From Oopsacas minuta (taxonomy: Eukaryota > Animalia > Porifera), in NCBI GenBank assembly GCA_024704765.1, contig JAKMXF010000328.1, positions 247,260 to 311,259 of the forward strand: 64,000 bases of DNA. Direction: 5' to 3'. This document shows, in pieces, positions 25,012 through 38,575 of the stretch; the stretch's first letter is position 1, and every line of letters starts with the position of its first letter. Both the position numbers and the translations under genes were made by a program. The notes under the pieces were generated by a model. It was not told where the DNA came from and did not search any database. It saw nothing but the letters and a program-made list of their open reading frames with translations.

Positions 25012-26952
25012 TTACTTCTCATCTAACAAATCTAATAGCATATTGATACTGTTAGTGAGGGCATCAGTGAATTGTTTCACTTCTCGACCTTCATAAGCTG
25101 TAACATTAGCTTCTATCCGATCTTCTCTGATTCCATAACCGATCCCATAACCGTCATGTACTACAGGAGCAAATCCTCCAACCAATACAGCCTCAGAATC
25201 GAGGGTGCTTGTTGACATAGTAAAGTGATTAATATATTTATGTACTTCATCAGTGAATATTTTGGGAATAGTGCCACCGAGCTCATTAGCTAAGCAAGAC
25301 AACCCAAACAAGTGTCTATCGAATCCCTTCCCCATAACTGCTTGTTTTACCAAAGTTGAGTGCTTTCTTGAGCAAGCTTTCATCAGCTCCAGTAGTTGCG
25401 GTGTAGATAATTTTCCATTAAGAATAGCTTTGGTACATTGTAATGTTTCGAAAGTACAAGGACGTACAGTCTCAGTCCTGCCGTGTTTGAAAGCAGAGGT
25501 GCTTGCCGACTCATAGGTAGCCGCTGTTTTGCCCCCAGAAATTAAAAAATATGCCATTTGTATCGCTAACTGTATAACAGCATCTGAAGATAATTCTACC
25601 TTCTTAAAGTAATGTTTTCCTGCCCGGATTATCTGAAGTTCTTGAACTTTGAGTCCCTTAGTTCGAGTGTAGAACTCAGTTTTGACTTTCTCAATTGTTT
25701 GTATGAGATTATCAGTCAATTCGAATTTAACCTCATTTACTTTTGCATCATTCAACTGTATGTTTTGTGGATCAACACTAGTAATTTTACTCTGTTCATA
25801 AAGTGCGTTAAAGAGTCTCAATAGTGCGACCCCATCTCCCCAAGAGTGTTCGAAGTGAATACTACAGTGACCATTCGGTTGGAATATAAGTTGGAATGAC
25901 TTATCAAACCAGCGATTGATACCATCACCATGCAGCATAGCTTTAGTGTATTCAGATGCACTTACGGATTCTTGAGAATCTAAACACAAAATGTATAAGC
26001 TCTCATCAATTAACTTGATAGATTTTGCATTTAACTCAATTTGTACCAGTTCAGCACGTGCTGAAGTCCAAGTGTCACGGTCTGCAGCTGTAAGAATTGA
26101 TACCGGATGTTTAGGATAATCTCCAGATCCTTGTTTAATCTTCAAGAGGTTATTATATATTTCATCTGTTGACAATACACTCTTATCAGGTAGAAATACA
26201 TCAAAAGTGTAAAAGTTTCCGTTTACAACTACGCAAATATGCCTTGCATTCGTATTACATGTTAATATATCCTTTTCAGGCATTGGAATACGTGTGGAGT
26301 TGAATAGATTAGAAAATTGTACCATATCGAGGGGATACGCTTTGTAGTACAAGTACGAAGTGTATATCTTAAGTCTACCGGGCAACAATTTCATTAATCT
26401 AGCATACGATTCGGTATCGCTCTTGATAGGCTGGGTATGGTATATCATTGGTTTCAACTGACCGTCTAATAGAGAGGCTTTGAACCGAGCAGTAATTGAT
26501 ATCATTTTAGCAGCCCTTTTGAGGGGATCCATAGTTTGAAGGTCTGGCTTTAGTCCTATGAATGCATTGTGAGTGAGAACAACAGAAGACCTATCTCTTA
26601 GATACCTGTCTGTCCATGGCCCGGTTATGTAACTAGTCTGTTTGTTTAATTTATTTCGCGCCACAAGTTCGTATTGTAGATGTCTTCCTTCTGTCTGTAG
26701 CTTATCTACGAGACTAGATATGTGTGAGTACTGCTCAGAATTCAACAAAGGCTTTACAGCTGTCAGATAGAGCTGACAACTATTTTGTAGTGTGGGGATA
26801 GGTAGCTGTGGTAAATATGGTTGGAAGTAGAGGGTAGGGAGAGTACTTTTCTCGAGGTATGCAGAATGAGGAAATATATTGGAGAAATGTGATAAGCATT
26901 TCCGATTCCAAAATATAATATTCACAGTCTGAGTAAGTGGATATTTTAACAT
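25012..26952 (-). CDS. CPT2: Carnitine O-palmitoyltransferase 2, intronless (an in-frame upstream ATG exists at 27069)
   Basis: STLPTLYFQPYLPQLPIP, TSYITGPWTDRYL, YPLDMVQF, DGINRWFDKSF, catalytic FEHSWGDGVA, TYESASTSAFKHGRTET, GFDRHLF, STSTL and GGFAPVVHDGYGIGY, all in one uninterrupted ORF. Confidence 0.95.
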   Translation of the reverse strand: MLKYPLTQTVNIIFWNRKCLSHFSNIFPHSAYLEKSTLPTLYFQPYLPQLPIPTLQNSCQLYLTAVKPLLNSEQYSHISSLVDKLQTEGRHLQYELVARNKLNKQTSYITGPWTDRYLRDRSSVVLTHNAFIGLKPDLQTMDPLKRAAKMISITARFKASLLDGQLKPMIYHTQPIKSDTESYARLMKLLPGRLKIYTSYLYYKAYPLDMVQFSNLFNSTRIPMPEKDILTCNTNARHICVVVNGNFYTFDVFLPDKSVLSTDEIYNNLLKIKQGSGDYPKHPVSILTAADRDTWTSARAELVQIELNAKSIKLIDESLYILCLDSQESVSASEYTKAMLHGDGINRWFDKSFQLIFQPNGHCSIHFEHSWGDGVALLRLFNALYEQSKITSVDPQNIQLNDAKVNEVKFELTDNLIQTIEKVKTEFYTRTKGLKVQELQIIRAGKHYFKKVELSSDAVIQLAIQMAYFLISGGKTAATYESASTSAFKHGRTETVRPCTFETLQCTKAILNGKLSTPQLLELMKACSRKHSTLVKQAVMGKGFDRHLFGLSCLANELGGTIPKIFTDEVHKYINHFTMSTSTLDSEAVLVGGFAPVVHDGYGIGYGIREDRIEANVTAYEGREVKQFTDALTNSINMLLDLLDEK

Positions 26953-27119
26953 TCTATCAGATATTAACAATGAATATACTGAAATTATTAGCAATATAAT
27001 TACGAAAAATAATTCAACTTCCTCTCGTTGGCTAATATACCAGACGGAGAAGGGGAGTACGGATAACATCTCTCCGAACTATTTATACATTTTCATACGA
27101 TATCTTGAAGTACGTAATC

Positions 27120-27330
27120 TTGATAATGACCAAATATGGGCATAATCACAATTGCGTCACACCCGTTGGAGATATCGTATGAAAATGTATTACAAGGGTA
27201 TGGGAAGTTGGGTATATGGTACATATTGGTTGGACTTATTTGATAATAACTCTAGCGACTATCGAGTTATTAAGGGATTTTACCTAATATGTGCCATCCA
27301 TGGTATCTAATATAACTCAGTTACGTGACA
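27120..27330 (+). repeat. Dispersed repeat family (other copies ~39640-39870 -, ~50845-51050 +, 62758-63124 inverted pair)
   Basis: Shared TGTATTACAAGGGTATGGGAAGT...ATCGAGTTATAA...CCATGG motifs. Confidence 0.65.
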
Positions 27331-27841
27331 ATTAATACTAACAAAAATTTTGTATTATATGCATAAACATCCTTAGATCACTTGATATTAATTCTGGAAT
27401 CGAAGTCGCACTAGTGATCGTTTATCAGAGCTTTAAAAATGGTGCATTTTTAACAAATTGCCCTTCTAACCAAACAGATGACATCATTTCAAACTGATAA
27501 TAGTTGGATAATATGACTACTGTAAATTTATAATTATCAATAATATATTTATTCGAGCTTGAATGCACCGATTTTGTTTTATCGATAAAAATAGAATTGT
27601 AAGTCAAATTTAATAGAGTAATCCATGGTTAAATATCGTGAATAGGCTTTAGTTTCGTAGGCTGTGAATCATATACCATGTAAATTCATTGTTAGAAACC
27701 AAACTATTTTACAAGCGATTCTGAATTTAGATCTCGATTTCATTAATAATATAGATTAGATAATTATATAATTTTTGTATTACACTAACTACTAAACATA
27801 TAAGATTCAACAAGAATGAATCAAGAAATCATTGGGATATA

Positions 27842-29191
27842 CAGTGTCAGTCAAAAAGAATTGCTCAGAATAAATTTACCCCAAATTCTTATATCTATGA
27901 CTGATTTAACAATAATGCTTTATTATAATCAAGTAAATTGTTGTTAGTATTTAGTAGAACCTCCGCTTGCTTGAATTAGGGCTTTACGTCTTTGCGGCAT
28001 ACTCTCAATTAGAGTATGGAACCTGTTAATGTCGATGCTATCCCAAGTGCTTAATATGGCATTCCACAACTCTGAGTGGTTGGATGGGCTTTTCTCTTGA
28101 ATTCTGAGGGAAATGTGATCCCAAAGATTCTCAATCGGATTTAGATCAGGTGACTGAGCAGGCCAATTCATAACCTCTATTTTTGCTCACCAAACCATTG
28201 CTTAGTACCCTTTGACCTATGGCATGGGACGTTGTCTTGCTGAAAGGTCCATCCAGAATGTAAAGAATGCAAATCAACGCTTGGGATTAGTGCATTTTCC
28301 AATATATCAATGTAGGAATTTGTCTTGAGGTTCCCAGATACTTTCCGCAAGAGTCCTACGCCACTCCAGCAAAAGCATCCCCAAACTATGATGCCATCTC
28401 CACCAAACTTGCAAGTTTTTTGAAGACACCTCTCTGAGAACTCCTCCCCTTTCATCCTCCTGATGTAGGCTCTCCCGTCATTAGTATACAGAAGGAACCT
28501 AGATTCGTCACTAAACACAACTCTTGCCCATTCTTCAGTATTCCAATTCTTGTGCCATCTTGCGAAGGAAAGTCGGTTTCTTTTGTGCTTGGTAGTAAGG
28601 CGAGGCTTCCTTCGCGGTTTTTGTCCGAACAGTCCAGCCCTCGTAACTTTCTCTGAACTGTTGAAGTGGAAAGTTTTATCGAATATTCTGATAACACTTC
28701 AGCTTTGATCTGAGTAGCAGTCTTAAATCGATCCTTTTTGCATTTTCTGACCAATAATTTGTCTTGCCTTTTGGTTGTGACACGAGGCCTACCCGGAATA
28801 GCGAGGTCTCTTACCGTGCCAGTCAGCCTGTGTTTCTTAAGCATCTCGGCTACACTTTTTTAGCTACACCCAACCATTTTAGCTACCTCCCTCTGAGTAT
28901 GGCCACTTTCTGAAAGTAGTATCAGGTTGGCTCGATTTTCAATGGAAATTCGGGGTTTAAAAGGCATGGAAAATTCGATAAAAACAGATAAATTGGAAAA
29001 AAAAGAATACAACATAAAAACTGTAAGTTGTGCAAATATAATGAATGGATTAGTTGTGTTGGTGTTATTTGTCAAAATACATACGGCTGAGTATGGTTTC
29101 GCAAAAATTCAACAATCTGGTCAGTGTATACAATTTGACATTTACTATACTATATATATTCATCTTGAGCAATTCTTTTTGACCGGCACTG
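27842..29191 (-). mobile_element. Tc1 element, 1350 bp
   Basis: TIRs CAGTG(TCA/CCG)GTCAAAAAGAATTGCTCA with TA on both sides (27840-27841, 29192-29193). Confidence 0.93.
27944..28967 (-). pseudogene. Tc1 DD34E-type transposase with a stop and frameshifts
   Basis: MPFKPRISIENR.., GRPRVTT, FSDESRF, FQQDNVPCH and WPAQSPDLNPIENLW, spread over four ORF pieces. Confidence 0.9.
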
Positions 29192-30100
29192 TATGTGTAA
29201 TGTTTGATGCCAAGTGATATCATGTTATTTGTATAAATTTAGATGAATCAGAGGATTATTCAGGTGTTAGTTGGAAGTGTCCGGCGTGTGAAGATTTGTA
29301 ATTCCATATTTATTATGTATTTTATTCATTTCTGTGAATTCTATATTCATGTATGGTGTATGTAACTAATAGATAAATCAATAAATGAAAAAGAAGGAAA
29401 TTGTGAAGCCCTAGGCTCTAATAGCAAAAGGGTATATCTGATCCGGAGTTACCCGGACAGACACATGTGCTACAGAGTATTGGCAGCGAGAACATATAAT
29501 TTGCCTTATATTTGAGATAACGTTATAATACTTTTGTTATGTATCTGATTGTTATTTATCTTTAAAACTGAACAACGATATATTTGTGTAGATATATTTA
29601 TAATTATAATATCTAACAGCTCTATTCTATATTTCTATAGTAATTTAATTAGAAGATATAATCTCATACAATGTGTTAGAATGTGATTATATATTATAGG
29701 AGCAGAGCATTCTACACCTACATACATCTAGCTTAAATCTATCTCTAAAGATATGTAAATATAGGAATAATCTCTCAGGGAAATTATTAAAGCTCACCGA
29801 TATTGAGCACTGTCTTAAGGATTGTTTAGGCGCCAGATTAGGATAAAGATAAAACGTATCCAGACCCCTAGACAGTCCTGAATTACTCAGTAAGGTATTT
29901 GTATAACATTAAGTGTAGAGGTATTTGACTATATTTCTATGAGTAAGTCTTTTCTCAATACGAATATTCTGCTGAAGGCAGAATATTCGTATTGAAAAGA
30001 GTATTACGTTAATGCTATCTAAAACAATACTTAGCTACCTTAGGCTGATCGTATTTCTTAGAAAATGTTTCGCACTGACGCTGCTTAATGTATTCGGAAA

Positions 30101-31188
30101 ATGAATGTCAGAGATCATAGTTTGGAAATCCGTAATCAAGCAATTGGCATGCTAAGTGCTGGAATGACCCAGAAAGACCTAGCTATAAAGCTCCAAGTTA
30201 GTTTGAGAGCAATCGAACGGTGGTGGTGCAAGCAGAAGGTCGGAAAATCTCAAAGAACTGAAGCTCATCCTGGGAGGAATTCCAGTGTCCAAAATTCCGC
30301 CAAAATTATAATTTCGAAATCTCTCAGCAAAAGATGCAAATCTACTAGGAAATTGGCTGAAATAGTGACCTCAATGGGCTATCCTATATCGCATTCGACC
30401 GTTCATCATTATCTTCGGGATAATATTGGCGCGAAATCTTACAAAAAGCCAAAAGGCTGCGATTGACGGAGAAAATGAAGGAAAAACAACTCAAATTTGC
30501 AGAATCCGCAAAGAATGGTCTGATGAAGCACCTTCTCAATTGTTCAATACGCCAAACCGACAGAATGATCGCGTTGTGCTAAAAATTCAGACAATATTGG
30601 ACCTTGCGTTAAATTCATGTCTGGGGCATGATGTCCCATCGAGCTGTCTCTGAACTCCATGTAGTGCCTCCAAAACAGAAAATAAATGGTTGCTACTATC
30701 GGAACTATATTTTGAATAAACTTGTAAGGATGCTATAGAACGTGACTCAGAAAATGGAACAATTTTACAGCGATCAATGCTCTCAGACATGTCCAGTTTT
30801 GTTTTATGCAGGATGATGCTCGAGCACACACTACAAATTGACTCAGTCCTTTTGTGAAAGAATTTCCCAAAGTTTGGATGAAAGAATAGTGACCAGGAAA
30901 CTCGTCCGACCTCAATCCTATTTACAATCTATGCTCTATTCTGAAAGATAGCGTCAGCCGAATGGAGAATGTGACGAAGCTGGACCATTTAATTTCTCAA
31001 CTAAAAATGGCTTGGGAGGGCTTTGATCCAAAAATTTAGAAAATTTAGTAGCAAGTATGCCTAATGTAGGATTAGATCAGTTATGGAATGCAATAGAGAT
31101 TACATTAATAAATAATTAGCTTAAACGATCCACATTTTTGTGTTTTGAGATATTTTCTAGAACCCTACAACACTTATGATACACCCTG
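30101..31188 (+). mobile_element. Tc1/mariner remnant with right TIR only
   Basis: HTH region MNVRDHSLEIRNQAIGML; FMQDDARAHTT; PGNSSDLNPI. Right end ...CACTTATGATACACCCTG|TA; no left TIR found. Confidence 0.75.
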
Positions 31189-32663
31189 TATGTTATCCCG
31201 ATTTCATTGGTATTAATATGCCTTGTGTGCCTTTAATACTCAACATTGGGCTAGATTCCTAGCCTTGTTTACCTTTGAACCTCCTATACCAAATTTAACA
31301 TAATCTATTAGGACCTCCTCCCATAGAGTTCAATACGAACCCAAAAGTAAATGTTGAAAGTAAAAGATAAAAGTCATGGCGATGAACTCAATTTTCATAG
31401 ATACATAGCACAGTTTAATAGGTTAAATGCTGACGTATACATAAACATATTCATACATCAATCCACACTTGATTATATATAGATATTCAAACAGATTTTT
31501 CGACAATAATTGCCTGATTTCATTATATTTATCTCAACTCCCATAGCAAGTACCGTCGGGACCTATGTCATCCCAATTTCATTGGTTTTAATATGCCTCG
31601 CGTGTCTTTAATTCTGAATTGTTCTAATTTATTCTGATATTCAACTTATTACAGATTCGCCTCAAGGCCAAATAATCGCGAAAGTCTGGCCTGTTCAGAA
31701 GCACTTCTTCACATGTCAGTGTCTCTCTAAGAATCTGGGTATGCTTAATGGCACTTTTTTGTACAGGAATATATTAATTCTGTAAGAATTTAAAAGATCA
31801 GCACTTTGTGTCCTTCATGGCTGACTGAAATAGCACTATAAGTTGTCAGCCATGTACCTAAATACTCCTGTCCTGATATATCCCTGTTAATCTTTTGCAT
31901 TAATAGAAAGAATCCCGAAAGGGGAGCATCTCACCCTTGACCCAGATGTCCGAGCAAAGTTCTAGTTAATGATTCAGACCTAATTTCGGAAGTAGTCTGG
32001 AAAACTTTCGTTTAGAAATGTTACACGTATTCATTTTCTGAGATATAAGTATTCAAGTATTTGTTATTCTTATACAAAATTTGAGCTCAAATATTATGGT
32101 TTACTTAAAAACAATATTTTGTACTCTCAAAGATATAATTTATGCTCTGCTAAAAAACATGAAATATCCAATTCTAAATTGGAAGTCGTATCAAGATTCA
32201 TGCTACTTATAAATGTCTCAATTGACTTGATAAATGTATTTGTGTGGTTTAATACAATTATTATCTAAAGATATACACAATATGCTATAAAAATCATGAC
32301 TAAGTAGGAAATAATGTAGTAAATGCAACTTCTAGAAACTCTATTAGTCTTCAGTGAGTCATCCAGTTGTTTGAGGTGGTTTTGCAAAAGGCTGTTTTTA
32401 CATTATTATATGTTCTCGCATACGCTAGATTGCCTGTGACACCTCGAGTTGCATTTAACCTGCTTCCGTTTGCACTGGCATGAGACGTAACATCCGCCTC
32501 TACAGCTCAATCCAGGATTTTACTTTTGGGGAAAGATATATATCCATGACTATTTTTCGTTTTATTTAGCTCATGCAGATATTTTGTGCAATTAATATAC
32601 TACTTAATTAACAACAGCATTAATTACAATATGAATATTTATGAAAAATCTGTGTTAACTCGC

Positions 32664-33650
<987 letters not shown>

Positions 33651-33659
33651 TAACCTGAG

Positions 33660-35240
33660 AATCTACAGTACTCCTTGCTTTGACAATGAGCGCTTCCATA
33701 GTTTAAGCAGTTAGGTGATCTGGAAATGCAACTAATTTTGAATTATTGATTATTGAAAGGCCATAAGGGTTGGTATGTCCAATACTGTGTAGGGGGGTCT
33801 CCTTCTGGTCAGATGACAATGTTATTGTATCTGTCCAGACAGAAGTCTGCTCATCCAACTTGCATTCCTTCTCCTCTGGTTACTAAGGAGCGGGACTTAT
33901 CTCCTGAGAGAGTAAATACGTGTATACACGGATTTCCATATCTACTCAACACAAATATTTCACTGTTGTAAACTTTACATCAACAGGTGGTTTAATGGTT
34001 TGGTGTCGTAGCGTGTCTTTAAATACCAGATTAGTTGTCAGGATTTGGAATCTGTTGTTGTACTCATCTGGTACATAAAGGTGTTGATTAGGAGAGATGG
34101 CAGGTTGTCTAGTGAATAGAATTCTTCACTATTAGATCCATCCTTACCTACTCGCTTTACCATAGTTAGATCTGACAGCTTGAATTGGAAGATAGCGTTA
34201 TGTCCTACATCTGTGACATAAATGTTGTCCTCATGGACTAGGATATTCCATGGACTCTTCAGGTGTCTATCTCCGAATATATTAAGATGGTGTCCTTCCT
34301 GGGAGGATAGTTGGATACGATTGTTGTTCATATTTGCCACATAAATATGTCCAGATGCAGGTTCAATTATGACGCCTCGTGGGTCGTTAAATGCCCCAGG
34401 AACTGATCCTTCTTTCTCAACAGCAACGATCGGCTGTGTAAATGCAGAGTAGTTAGGGATTACTGGATTAGGAGGGATGGGAGGATTCTCTTGTTGGTTT
34501 ATTTCTCCCAGACGAGAGATGCGTTCCTCGAGGTCTTGTGTGTCACACAAGAACCTCAGTTCTTGAGCTGGTGGTGTATTGAGGCGGAGTTCTGCCAGTT
34601 TATCCTCCATCTCTGCCACAAATCTCTCCAGCATTCACGGGTTGATTATTGCATAGGCCAAATAGGCCATGGCCTAGGGGCTCGCGCATAATTAGATTTC
34701 CTACATTATGCGAAGACGAATTATGTAACCTGTCTTTGTTGTGCATTGAATCGGATTTGACGAAAAACATCGACTTTCAGGATATCATTGATGACTTTGC
34801 AAAAATGAAATCAAGAAAAAGGCTAATTTGACGGATATGGGATGATGCACTTATCTAATTACTAGTTAACTACATATTGAATGTATTTTCATACAACTGT
34901 ATTTAGTGTTAGCAGAATACGTAGGGGCCCCGCAAAGTCTTAGTCCGGCCCTGCCTGCATTGTATGTAGCATGTTATGCTTTATTTGGCCTTCTAATATT
35001 GTCTTGGCTCCAACAAGTTCCTCCTCCATTTCCTGACGAGCCACCAGATTGGCTCTCATCTCTTTGCGTCTGTGCCTTAACGTGATTAAGAGATGGACCC
35101 GTCTCTGGTTGAGGAGGGATATCAACCTGTCGATGGATTGATTTATTTGGACCGTTATGGAATCGATAATTGGCACTCGGGTGGTTCCTGGGAATTGTGC
35201 TGCTATTATGTCGTCGATTATTTGTTGTTTAATTGGTGTG
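33660..35240 (-). pseudogene. Coiled-coil + NHL-repeat (beta-propeller) gene, disrupted
   Basis: Helical N-terminus (SIDRLISLLNQRRVHLL), then FNDPRGV..IYVANMNNNRIQ, LKSPWNILVHEDNIYVTD and F.SPRQLA. Interrupted by a hAT insert at 34636-34953 and frameshifted near 34100; no start ATG found. Confidence 0.8.
34636..34953 (+). mobile_element. 318-bp internally deleted hAT (ZMYM1-type) element
   Basis: TSD CCAGCATT / CCTGCATT (7/8 match). Right TIR ...TAGTCCGGCCCTG. It retains the transposase C-terminus LSLLCIESDLTKNIDFQDIIDDFAKMKSRK. Confidence 0.85.
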
Positions 35241-35516
35241 AAATTGTGTATATTTGTTTGTTCTCCAATATCACAGAATTTATAGTTTCTATTGAATGAA
35301 TATTCTCAATAGAACACTGCTGAACTGACACAATTATTAAAATAGAATTATAATTCTCAGTGGTTTGTGTTGTGTACCAAATTGTCTCTTGTGAATAACA
35401 AAGTACGTCAATGGTGCTATGGTTATTTCTTATAAATTAGGAATGTTTCTTGGTAATACACGTACTTTTGCATAATTAATTGTCTGAGAAATGGTTTATG
35501 GCAATTAATTATTCAA

Positions 35517-35517
<1 letters not shown>

Positions 35518-35549
<32 letters not shown>

Positions 35550-35550
35550 G
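35518..35550. repeat. (TTG)11 microsatellite
   Basis: Read directly from the sequence. Confidence 0.95.
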
Positions 35551-36919
35551 CTCAATTTCTCTTCCTTGGATGTAAAGTATAATCGATGCCACTGTACTGT
35601 GCCACATTAACCCAGCGGTTCCCAACAATATTTACCCATAGACCCCCTATAACAATTTATCACATTCTGTGCACCCCTGTTCATTTTCTTCCACCACCGA
35701 AGGGTTACATGTTGATATGATATCTCCTATTAGTACATATTAATCAATTCAGGATTGAGAATTTTGCGACACCACAAGGTCGTCAAAAAGTTTAGTTGCC
35801 TAAAAATGAATCTTACTGGAATCATTGAGTAGAAATGACTCAGGGTGATCTCAAATTATATTTTAATGTACTCAGGGCTGGCATTACAGTGAGCCTTGGG
35901 GGTGCACAACCTCTAACAATGAGGCGTAAATGATGGCGTAGCTCAGTCTTATCATTACACGCAAGTCATTTCGTGGTACACATATCAACAGAACAGAAAT
36001 TTACGAAGTAACTATCTTTTGTACAGGGGCCACCAAACACCTTGTAACGGCACTCCCTCTGTCGTTGGTCGCGTTCAATTGATAGTCACTTATCACTAGT
36101 TAAATAGTATTGCATAACTATCAGCAAAAGTGGTCGTATAACGGTGTGATTTGCTCATGGCAGGGAATTCTAGACATGTACAATTACACTATGAATATTT
36201 TAGATTAATATAACACGACTGCATTAAAACATAAATGATTTGGCCATCTGTGTGCCTTCGTGCGGGTCTGATTTATGATTGAAAATGATGAGAGTATCAC
36301 GAACACATTTACAATAAAGTAAACGTTCTATACAAGCTCACCTAAAAGGAATTCTTGCTGCTCTAATCAGAAATTGTTATAACATAGTTGAGAAAAATTG
36401 GGAAATACAGTGGAAGTAGCTTAATTGGGATATCAGCTTAAACGAGACAATGTTTTAGGAACAGATTTTTTCATACAAAATCGTCGAATAATTGGGAGAT
36501 CGAATCGGTTAATTAGGATTTCTTAGCCTGATTACCTAATATTCTGAACATTTTTTTCGCTCATATTCTGGACTTCTATCCAGATAAACCGATTGTTTAG
36601 ATAGATAGTTGCTAGTGGATTAATTAGGCGATTATAGTTATGGCGTTATTTAACTCAGTTTTGGTAATTCTCATATTTTAATAATTACTATGATGATTTC
36701 TTTTACAGCTAATGCATTTCAAGGAAGCTCAGCAACAGAGACAAGTATGGAGGCTTACCATGTCGATATCAGTCAGTTTGAAAAGATTCGAAAAACCTCT
36801 GATTGGTCAACTTGGGAGCAGATGTCCTTTTACTCTTTACCAACTAATAATCCTCCTCTCAAGAAGTATATTTCAGGAACATATGGCTATAGATATTGAT
36901 CTCTCTCACGAGATTCATA

Positions 36920-38575
36920 AACTCTATCAGAGCTAGCACTTAAAGAATTAAAAACTCGTCTTTCTCCACTACTATCTCTTTGATATTTTGGCTACCAAAG
37001 AAGAAACTGACAAGATAACAATAGTTAGAGCACTACAACTTGTGTCTAACAGGGTTGTAACAAGAAGGTTCCAATATCTTGCAAGGAAATTATTAGCTCT
37101 GGTACTTTTTCGATTCCCTTGCCTCACATGCCATTGTCTAAATCTGTTTTCTTATTGATCACCTTCAACTTGGTAATCGGAAATACAATGAACTACTTCG
37201 GCTTTGCAAAACAGAAATATTTGTATTCGTTCTTATAATGAGATCTTGGAATATCGTTCACAAATTGTGCTCAGTTTAGTCTAAAATTCATTACAGCTCC
37301 CGCTGATGAATACAATATAGGTATTGCCATCTCATACCAGGTTTATTAGACCACACTTTCACACGTCTATTTGAGTTAATTAATGAAAGCGAAAAGTATA
37401 TCTACCCTTTAACATTAATAATATCAGTTAGTCTGGATGGATCAAGTTCTCATAAGATGTATAATCAGAAGCATGAGAAGTACAAGTTTTCACGCTAAGA
37501 TTATATCTGAACTCCAAATGAAGTATAATTCTCCCACAAAACGTACCAGAAAAATCACTCGCTGATAGTAGTTTAAAAGAAAACAGACCTGTTTCATTGA
37601 TGTGCAAGAAAGAAAATAAAGTGAATGTTAAGTTCATCATAGATACAATTATTAATGCAGAACTTCATTAATTGAAACAGTAGGCATATCCCATTCTAAA
37701 GCACAAATATCAATCAAAAAATATATGGAGACCATGTTTGACGGGAAATGTCTGCAATCTTATCAAGTGCAAGTGCTGCTAGTTATCAGCTATATACTAC
37801 AACACATGAGGAATTAAAAAATTAGATCTCATTCGTCCAGGTTACCCAATTAACGGATCCATATCAGATGCTAATCTCATCCTCACAACAGTTGACAGTG
37901 AAGATTTCGTGTCTTTACCCTCTAAAGAAATTTAGGTTTACTCATGAGCCCATTTCTACTATCGATATAATCTGAGCATCACCTCTACACTCATACACTT
38001 GGTTATCTGATGGTTTATGGTCCTTCATCTAGACGTGTTGTAGACTCAATGAAGTTTGTCAGTGAATTTTAGAGGAAAAAATAGATTTAAGATAGATCAA
38101 GTATCGAGTGCAGGAGGAACAACATCAACTAGCATGTTACTCGATCATGTTTTATGGGTAAGAATAATTTTATTGAATGTATATCAACTTTGTTACCAAC
38201 AGATCATAGAGGACCAATAAGGTTAATTCTTCTTAGTGTTTCAGCTAATTTTGGGTGTTTTTGTGGGCAGAAAATTGACACAGACAGACTGGACAATTTA
38301 TTTAAATATTCATATGAATTTATTGTCGTTAACACCTAATGAGCAAATGTAACTCCTTCTCTCCATAAGCTCTTAGCTCCCAGTGCCGGACTAATCCCCT
38401 GCTGTAATGATGGCGATAGTATGAAACAGTATTCTGAAGAGGCTCTAGAGTCTTGAAACAAATTAGAAATTATCGAGAAAATCTTTCAAGGAAATGCTCA
38501 TTCAATTCCACCATCAGAGCTGTATTTGTCCTCCCTTTGAGGGAAAGTGATCCGATTTTGCTGAATTATCGGTAG
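36920..38575 (+). pseudogene. RAG1-like / Transib-superfamily transposase, heavily frameshifted
   Basis: In order on the + strand: LSELALKELKTRL..DILATKEETD; LQLGNRKYNELLRL; SLDGSSSHKMYNQ (Asp at 37436); RPVSLMCKKE; TMFDGK (Asp at 37740); THEPIS..ASPLHSY; GGTTST; VTPSLHKLLA; YSEEALES*NKL (Glu at 38448); RNYRENLSRK. Confidence 0.85.

Noticed and set aside
33660-35240. NHL propeller gene as the RAG2-like partner of the RAG1-like sequence
   Set aside because: RAG2 is a Kelch-type propeller lying convergent to RAG1. This gene has NHL motifs, is divergently oriented, and looks like a member of a host family.
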